This document shows positions 58,840 to 64,000 of a DNA stretch of 64,000 nucleotides, piece by piece. This DNA is from Oligoflexales bacterium (GTDB lineage Bacteria > Bdellovibrionota_B > Oligoflexia > Oligoflexales > RGVZ01): assembly GCA_947468665.1 (NCBI GenBank), contig CANILH010000002.1, positions 23,959 to 87,958 of the forward strand. The letters are read 5' to 3'. The notes below the pieces were generated by a model, which was not told the DNA's origin, searched no databases, and saw only the letters and a program-made list of their open reading frames with translations. The first letter of the stretch is position 1. Every line of letters starts with the position of its first letter. A program made the translations under genes and the position numbers.

Positions 58840-59460
58840 GTGAGCACATCATCATTAGATCTTCTCATGAGTCCGCAGGAATTTTTCCGAGGAAAAATAA
58901 CAGACGCGTCGCACCGACTAAACGTCAAGCTTGACGAGCACGTTGAGTTTTATCTGGTCAATCTGCTGACTAATTTTATCGCCACCTCCACCTTTAGCGG
59001 GGACGCTGAAACATCTGACGACATTCTATCGACGCCACTGGTCTTTATGCTTAAGCGCGCGCTGGAGGCGCCACCGGAAAAACAGCCGCAGCTATATCGC
59101 AGACTGGGCGACGCGAGCTTATATGTCTCAGGATTTTTCCAAGACTACTTCAACGGAAAAACATTCGACATCAACTACTACATTACAATGGGCTCCTCCG
59201 CTTATGAGCAGGCTTCCGCGCTGTCCCGCGGTTATGTTCGTGACGATGGGATCCCGGAGACTCTTGAGTCTCTTTCTCGGAATTTTCTCCAGGTAGTTGA
59301 CATCATGGCTCAGGCATCTGACTCGACCGCGATCCAGCAGGACTCAAACATATTAGTTCTCTATGACAGGTGGAACAGATCCGGCTCTGATCGCCTGCGT
59401 GGGCTCCTTGAGGACAAGGGGATAAACCCGGTCCGGGTTCCGCTGAAACTAGCACACTAG
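58840..59460 (+). CDS. Hypothetical protein (~206 aa)
   Basis: The GTG at 58840 lies 6 nt after the SD GGGGAGG (58827-58833). The ORF-track TTG at 58825 lies before that SD. No family recognised. Confidence 0.55.
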   Translation: MSTSSLDLLMSPQEFFRGKITDASHRLNVKLDEHVEFYLVNLLTNFIATSTFSGDAETSDDILSTPLVFMLKRALEAPPEKQPQLYRRLGDASLYVSGFFQDYFNGKTFDINYYITMGSSAYEQASALSRGYVRDDGIPETLESLSRNFLQVVDIMAQASDSTAIQQDSNILVLYDRWNRSGSDRLRGLLEDKGINPVRVPLKLAH

Positions 59461-59471
59461 GGAATAGCCCA

Positions 59472-60164
59472 ATGTCCTCACAATCTGATCAAAAATCCCT
59501 GAACATCCGGTCACACGCCCGTGCCATTGAGTCCTACTTGACGGAATACCGGGGATTGAGATCTGAGCACTCCGTGGAACTCTTTATTCAGAGCTTTTCA
59601 GAAGAGTTTTTGAGAGCATGCTGCCCGGAAGCTTTAGCCCTGTCAGCCACGTTTATTGCCGATGAGACCCATGCGGAGGCCTTCGTTGGTATTCACATAA
59701 GTGAGGAACTGGCTGAGACTCTCTCTGGCCACCAAAACCTAAGTACGCTCTTAAATCACCGCGAGGGACTCGATGCGTTCCTTATCCTCACGGAGGAAAT
59801 CAGCCATTTTCATCACTATGTAACCTCCGCCGATAAAAATACGAAACTCAGCAGATTTGATCTGGAGCTTCAGGCCGAAATAGAAAAGGTCATTGTTGGA
59901 TCACTCGCGCTAATTGAAACTTTCGGTAAATCACAGACCCAGGAGCTGATTCTCATTTTGTTTAACGAATCAATCATTAAAGGCACGCTGACTGACTACG
60001 CCCTTGCTTCAAAGATCGCCGAGAAATTCTGGAAAGATAATATCAAAAAACTCGGGCCGTCGATTGTCTTTGACAGCAGGTTTCGCAGCATCATCCGTCA
60101 GGCCGCGACGTTAAACGGTGACGACAAAATACGGGCTCTCGAAATAAGTATTCTCGCGGCGTAG
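59472..60164 (+). CDS. Hypothetical protein (230 aa)
   Basis: Lies 11 nt after the previous gene. Contains TEEISHFHHY, a possible metal-binding cluster. No family recognised. Confidence 0.55.
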   Translation: MSSQSDQKSLNIRSHARAIESYLTEYRGLRSEHSVELFIQSFSEEFLRACCPEALALSATFIADETHAEAFVGIHISEELAETLSGHQNLSTLLNHREGLDAFLILTEEISHFHHYVTSADKNTKLSRFDLELQAEIEKVIVGSLALIETFGKSQTQELILILFNESIIKGTLTDYALASKIAEKFWKDNIKKLGPSIVFDSRFRSIIRQAATLNGDDKIRALEISILAA

Positions 60165-60180
60165 CGTAATACCTAAAGTT

Positions 60181-61239
60181 CTATATTCCTGAACCACCAC
60201 CGCTTTGATATAGCTTTCGCACCAACTCAGCCTCAAGAAAGTGCCCTGTCAGCTTAAGGTCGTCGATGACTGCCCGGAAATCACTTTCCGACACTTTCCC
60301 TGAGGACGCCGCGATCTTTATATCGGTAATCCCAGCCTCAACCTCTCCATTTTGGAGCAATAATTTTCCACGGCTTAGTCGGACATTGCCGTCAAGGGGT
60401 CTGATCCTTAACGCCTCAGTAAAATCGTGATAAGCCTCTGGCGCGGTTTCCGCACTCAAAGCCGCCTCATAGTACCTTTTAACAACAACCACAGGATCCA
60501 CGGTTCTTGCGACCGCGATCATCGAGAACACCGCTAGTGAAAGGTAAACAAGCCATGCGATGTGAGGGTTTTTCGCGCGCAAACGGTTTGGGCGCGAGCG
60601 AAGCAGCGCCTCCATCAACAGCCATCCGGAGATCAGCCCCCCGATATGAGCCGCGTTATCGATCACCGGGATAATCAATCCCAAAATAAGGTTACTTACG
60701 ACCATCCCCGAATAAATTCGTTTGCGGGGTCTGATACGCTCCCCAAGCTGGTCAAACCGCTCACTGATCAGCCCCTCAAGTTTAAAACCAGCGCCCAATA
60801 GACCAAATAGCGCGCCGGAAGCTCCGGCGCTGAGAGAAAGAGAAAAGAGACAACTTGAGAGGTTACCGATAATCCCTGTCACCAAAAAAACCCCGACAAA
60901 CCATTTTGAACCCAAAATATGCTCTATCTGATAGCCAATATAATAGAGACCCAACGCGTTGAAAAAAAAGTGAATGAGACCGATATGAACAAACATCGGA
61001 GTTACAAAACGCCAGTACTCACCGCGGGCGATATCAGGAATCGACTTACTGCCAAACTCACGGATAAATTCCATACTCGGCATGAAAATCGCTGATGGCT
61101 CACGCAAAACCATCAATACAAAAATAACCGTATTAAGGAGCAGAATTCGCCCTGACCACGTTCCAAAAAAATAAGACGCTCCACGCGGCTGCCTTACAAC
61201 AGGAAGAATGGGCATATCCTGAATGGTGTCATTTCCCAT
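60181..61239 (-). CDS. Rhomboid-family intramembrane serine protease with C-terminal TPR-like extension
   Basis: YWRFVTPMFVHIGLIHFFFN, the GASGALFGLLG catalytic Ser motif, and the AHIGGLISG catalytic His. A ~110-aa soluble helical tail follows the last TM helix. Confidence 0.85.
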   Translation of the reverse strand: MGNDTIQDMPILPVVRQPRGASYFFGTWSGRILLLNTVIFVLMVLREPSAIFMPSMEFIREFGSKSIPDIARGEYWRFVTPMFVHIGLIHFFFNALGLYYIGYQIEHILGSKWFVGVFLVTGIIGNLSSCLFSLSLSAGASGALFGLLGAGFKLEGLISERFDQLGERIRPRKRIYSGMVVSNLILGLIIPVIDNAAHIGGLISGWLLMEALLRSRPNRLRAKNPHIAWLVYLSLAVFSMIAVARTVDPVVVVKRYYEAALSAETAPEAYHDFTEALRIRPLDGNVRLSRGKLLLQNGEVEAGITDIKIAASSGKVSESDFRAVIDDLKLTGHFLEAELVRKLYQSGGGSGI

Positions 61240-61257
61240 GATATCTCACGAAGGTGA

Positions 61258-61716
61258 TTAAAAAATCGCGTAATCCGTCGATGGCGCATGCATCTCAAGA
61301 AGCTTGGCAGGTGGATCCAGACGAGGAGATTTTTTCGACAACATCCAAACCGGGGTTGGGCCCGCGCGTCCTGGCATAAAAACAACGACTTGAGCGATCT
61401 CGGCCAGATCACCACTTCTGCCGATCACATCGGCCGACAGACGAAGGGTCGCACCCTCCTCCAGTCCTGCATTGATATGATCACTTTCAAGATGAAGTTT
61501 CGCGAATTTAGGAGAGCCCGCACTCGCCTTGAAATCCACGCTGAATCCACCGGACTTTAACTGCTGAATCCCGGTAACCGTAAAATCACCACCCACACGC
61601 TCAATTTTGATGACAGCACTACTAGCTGCCGCGGACTTGGAAGACTCCGCACGCGCGGTGAAACTAACCGAGAGAAAAGCCCCCAAAACAGCGATCAACC
61701 CAAATATTAAGTTCAT
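61258..61716 (-). CDS. Hypothetical secreted protein (152 aa)
   Basis: Signal peptide MNLIFGLIAVLGAFLSVSFTARA. It sits between hutH and the rhomboid gene with 18-nt gaps on each side. Confidence 0.5.
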   Translation of the reverse strand: MNLIFGLIAVLGAFLSVSFTARAESSKSAAASSAVIKIERVGGDFTVTGIQQLKSGGFSVDFKASAGSPKFAKLHLESDHINAGLEEGATLRLSADVIGRSGDLAEIAQVVVFMPGRAGPTPVWMLSKKSPRLDPPAKLLEMHAPSTDYAIF

Positions 61717-61734
61717 TATTGTTGTAACCTCACT

Positions 61735-63243
61735 TTATTGAGCGTCAAGAGCGCCTCCAGACCGGATCCATAGGGACACTGCAAGAATATCAGGATACAG
61801 AGACCGATCGACAGGCATACCAGGGGAAATCTGTCTAATTCTATCATGAACCTTGGTTAAAGGAAGGGACGGTTTTAAAGGCCCCTGCAAATCCACGCCT
61901 TGAGCCGCGGTCAGCGCCTCAATTGAAAGAACATCAGCTACATGCGCGCATATTTTAATGGCCTTGCGTGCTGCAATCGGGCCCATACTAACGTGATCTT
62001 CTTTGTCCGCAGACGTTGGGATTGAGTCAACTGACGCCGGATGACAAAGAATTTTATTTTCCGAGACCAATGCGGCGGCCACGACATGAGGAATCATAAA
62101 GCCACTGTTAAGCCCGCCTTCATTTATGGCAAACGCGGGCAAACCACTCATCGCGGGGTTCGTCAATTTCTCGATTCGACGTTCTGATATACTTCCCAGC
62201 TCAGCCACTGCAATCCCCAGAAAATCCAGTGCCATGGCCAAAGGCTGACCATGAAAATTACCACCGCTTATTACAGATCCATCCTCAAACACCAGGGGAT
62301 TATCCGTTACAGAATTTAAATCCCCATCCACCCGGGCGGCGACAAATTCAATTACGTCCCTGGAGGCCCCATGCACCTGTGGAATACAGCGAAAGCTATA
62401 AGGATCTTGCACGCGGTTACAGCCCGCGTGACTTTCCATAATCTCGTCTTTCCCGGAAAGTAAGCTCAACATACGCCCCGCGACTTTGCGCTGCCCAGGT
62501 TGCTCGCGGACAGAGTGAATCCTCGGATCAAACGCTGATTTTGTGCCTCTGAAGGCCTCCAGGCTCAGCGCGGCGATAACGTCAGCTGACTCTGCCAGAA
62601 TACTCGCGTCTCGCACCGCAAACGCGCCAAGTACTGCCATGAACTGCGTGCCATTAATCAACGAAAGCCCTTCTTTCGCGCTTGGAACGAGTGGCTCCAC
62701 ATGCGAGGAACGAAGGGCCTCTTTGGCCGCCATACGCTCACCCTTGTATATCACGTCACCCTCACCAATAAGCCCGAGCGCCAGGTGAGAAAGTGGGGCC
62801 AGGTCACCTGAAGCCCCTACGCTGCCCTGCATCGGGACAATCGGTAATATATCGTGCTTAAGAAAATTTAAAACTGTCTCAACTGTCTTGCGCGTCACAC
62901 CGCTGTGCCCGATAAGAAACGTGTGAGCCCTGAGAATCAAAAGCCCCCTGACATACTCGGCGGCAGCTAGTTCTCCAACACCGCAGGCATGACTGCGAAT
63001 CAGGTTATATTGAAGCGTCTGAAGTTTATCGTTCTCAATTCGAACATCTGACAGGAAGCCAAACCCGGTATTAATCCCGTATATCACTTTACCGGAGGAA
63101 ATCGCCTTCTCAACGATCTCGCGATAGAAATCAAGACGAGTCCAGGCATCAGCGGCCACATCAACTAAGGGAGCTGGTTTTGAGGCAAGGGAGGTTAATT
63201 TTGACCACGTGAGCCGGTCAGTGCCCAGAGAAAATGGCTTCAT
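61735..63243 (-). CDS. hutH: Histidine ammonia-lyase
   Basis: GSVGASGDLAPLSH (the Ala-Ser-Gly MIO precursor) in a 502-aa protein. Confidence 0.92.
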   Translation of the reverse strand: MKPFSLGTDRLTWSKLTSLASKPAPLVDVAADAWTRLDFYREIVEKAISSGKVIYGINTGFGFLSDVRIENDKLQTLQYNLIRSHACGVGELAAAEYVRGLLILRAHTFLIGHSGVTRKTVETVLNFLKHDILPIVPMQGSVGASGDLAPLSHLALGLIGEGDVIYKGERMAAKEALRSSHVEPLVPSAKEGLSLINGTQFMAVLGAFAVRDASILAESADVIAALSLEAFRGTKSAFDPRIHSVREQPGQRKVAGRMLSLLSGKDEIMESHAGCNRVQDPYSFRCIPQVHGASRDVIEFVAARVDGDLNSVTDNPLVFEDGSVISGGNFHGQPLAMALDFLGIAVAELGSISERRIEKLTNPAMSGLPAFAINEGGLNSGFMIPHVVAAALVSENKILCHPASVDSIPTSADKEDHVSMGPIAARKAIKICAHVADVLSIEALTAAQGVDLQGPLKPSLPLTKVHDRIRQISPGMPVDRSLYPDILAVSLWIRSGGALDAQ

Positions 63244-63296
63244 TGGTTTTGATAACCCCGATCTTAAAATAAAATTTCTGAAATCCAGCCCACAGA

Positions 63297-63971
63297 CTAC
63301 TTAACCCGCTTTAACGCGGCAATCGCCTTGTCCCGGTCCCGTGCTCCGTAAATATAGGTTCCAGCGACCAAAATACGGGCTCCAGCGGCGACAAGACGCG
63401 CGCCGTTAACGTCATTAATACCGCCGTCCACCTCAATCAATACACGGTCCCCAAGCCTATGCTCCAAAAGCCATTTGCCAAGGGTCTCAACCCTGGAAAC
63501 CGTGTCCTCAATGAACGACTGTCCGCCAAATCCCGGATTAACGGACATCAACATGATCACGTCAACGTGAGGCGCCATCGCAAATGCGCACTCCAGCGGG
63601 GTCCCCGGGTTTAATGCGACCCCAGGTCTGGTGCCCTTTGCCCGGATCGTCTCCGCCAGACGCTGCCCATGTTTGGTGGCCTCAGCGTGAAAAACTAAAA
63701 TGTCAGCGCCCGCCTCGACGTAAGACATAGCAACATCGTCAGGGTTACTGACCATGATGTGAACATCCAGGGGGATCGAAGAGATTTTTTTTATCGCTTT
63801 GATAAGCGGCGGACCAAATGTCAGATTTGGCACAAAATGCCCATCCATTACATCTATGTGATGCAAGTCTGCGCCAGCCCCTTCAACCGCTTTAAGATCC
63901 TCTCCAAGGCTTAGGTAATTTGCCGAAAGAATACTCGGAGCCACCATTACCTTAGACTTCGACATTAACAT
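63297..63971 (-). CDS. rpe: Ribulose-phosphate 3-epimerase
   Basis: APSILSANY...HIDVMDGHFVPNLTFG...MSVNPGFGGQSF...VDGGIN. The exact start among several N-terminal Met codons is uncertain. Confidence 0.92.
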   Translation of the reverse strand: MLMSKSKVMVAPSILSANYLSLGEDLKAVEGAGADLHHIDVMDGHFVPNLTFGPPLIKAIKKISSIPLDVHIMVSNPDDVAMSYVEAGADILVFHAEATKHGQRLAETIRAKGTRPGVALNPGTPLECAFAMAPHVDVIMLMSVNPGFGGQSFIEDTVSRVETLGKWLLEHRLGDRVLIEVDGGINDVNGARLVAAGARILVAGTYIYGARDRDKAIAALKRVK

Positions 63972-64000
63972 TGCCCCGCTTTAACATCTTAGCGGTGATG

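Noticed and set aside
1-64000. Searched for CRISPR arrays, toxin-antitoxin pairs, restriction-modification or other defence islands, IS elements, and retron- or DGR-like reverse transcriptases.
   Set aside because: There are no regularly spaced repeats, no transposase, integrase, RT or nuclease-helicase signatures, and no non-coding gap longer than 319 nt. The window reads as conserved core chromosome.

Overview
Core-chromosome window from a Gram-negative bacterium. It is about 93% coding by my own tally of gaps. I found no CRISPR array, transposase, integrase or prophage signature. The lineage cannot be fixed from sequence alone. Positions 1-10057 (minus strand) hold a nearly canonical S10-spc ribosomal-protein operon, rpsJ through secY, with secY running off the left edge. 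There is one clear anomaly: rplX (L24) is absent from its invariant slot between rplN and rplE, where only 35 nt remain. The operon is also uncoupled from the usual upstream tuf/str genes. The rest is mostly housekeeping: map, trxA, rnhB, yraN, rplS, pntAB, an FCY1-type cytosine deaminase, tRNA-Arg(CCG), cardiolipin synthase, B12 methylmalonyl-CoA mutase with MeaB, ilvA, hutH and rpe. It also includes futalosine-type menaquinone genes (an MqnC/E-like radical SAM enzyme and a UbiA-like/UbiX-like pair) and two c-type cytochromes. The best candidate for an undescribed system is the 11.2-kb locus at 23299-34485. It has three overlapping, same-strand genes: an AsmA/YdbH-like membrane-anchored giant, a DUF1318/YdbL-like lipoprotein, and a roughly 2455-aa protein. 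That third protein combines a TolB-like PD40 propeller, about 1800 aa of TPR-like repeats and a C-terminal CHAT (caspase-fold) domain whose catalytic His/Cys positions look substituted. Second-tier candidates are a FecR-domain / HAMP-SpoIIE phosphatase / pseudo-receiver OmpR-type regulator cluster (47839-52548), a tightly overlapped three-gene operon ending in a thioredoxin-like 2Fe-2S ferredoxin (16568-17797), and an uncharacterised gene trio around a 280-bp AT-rich divergent intergenic region (58140-60164). All functional calls rest on motifs I could read by eye. No database search was run.
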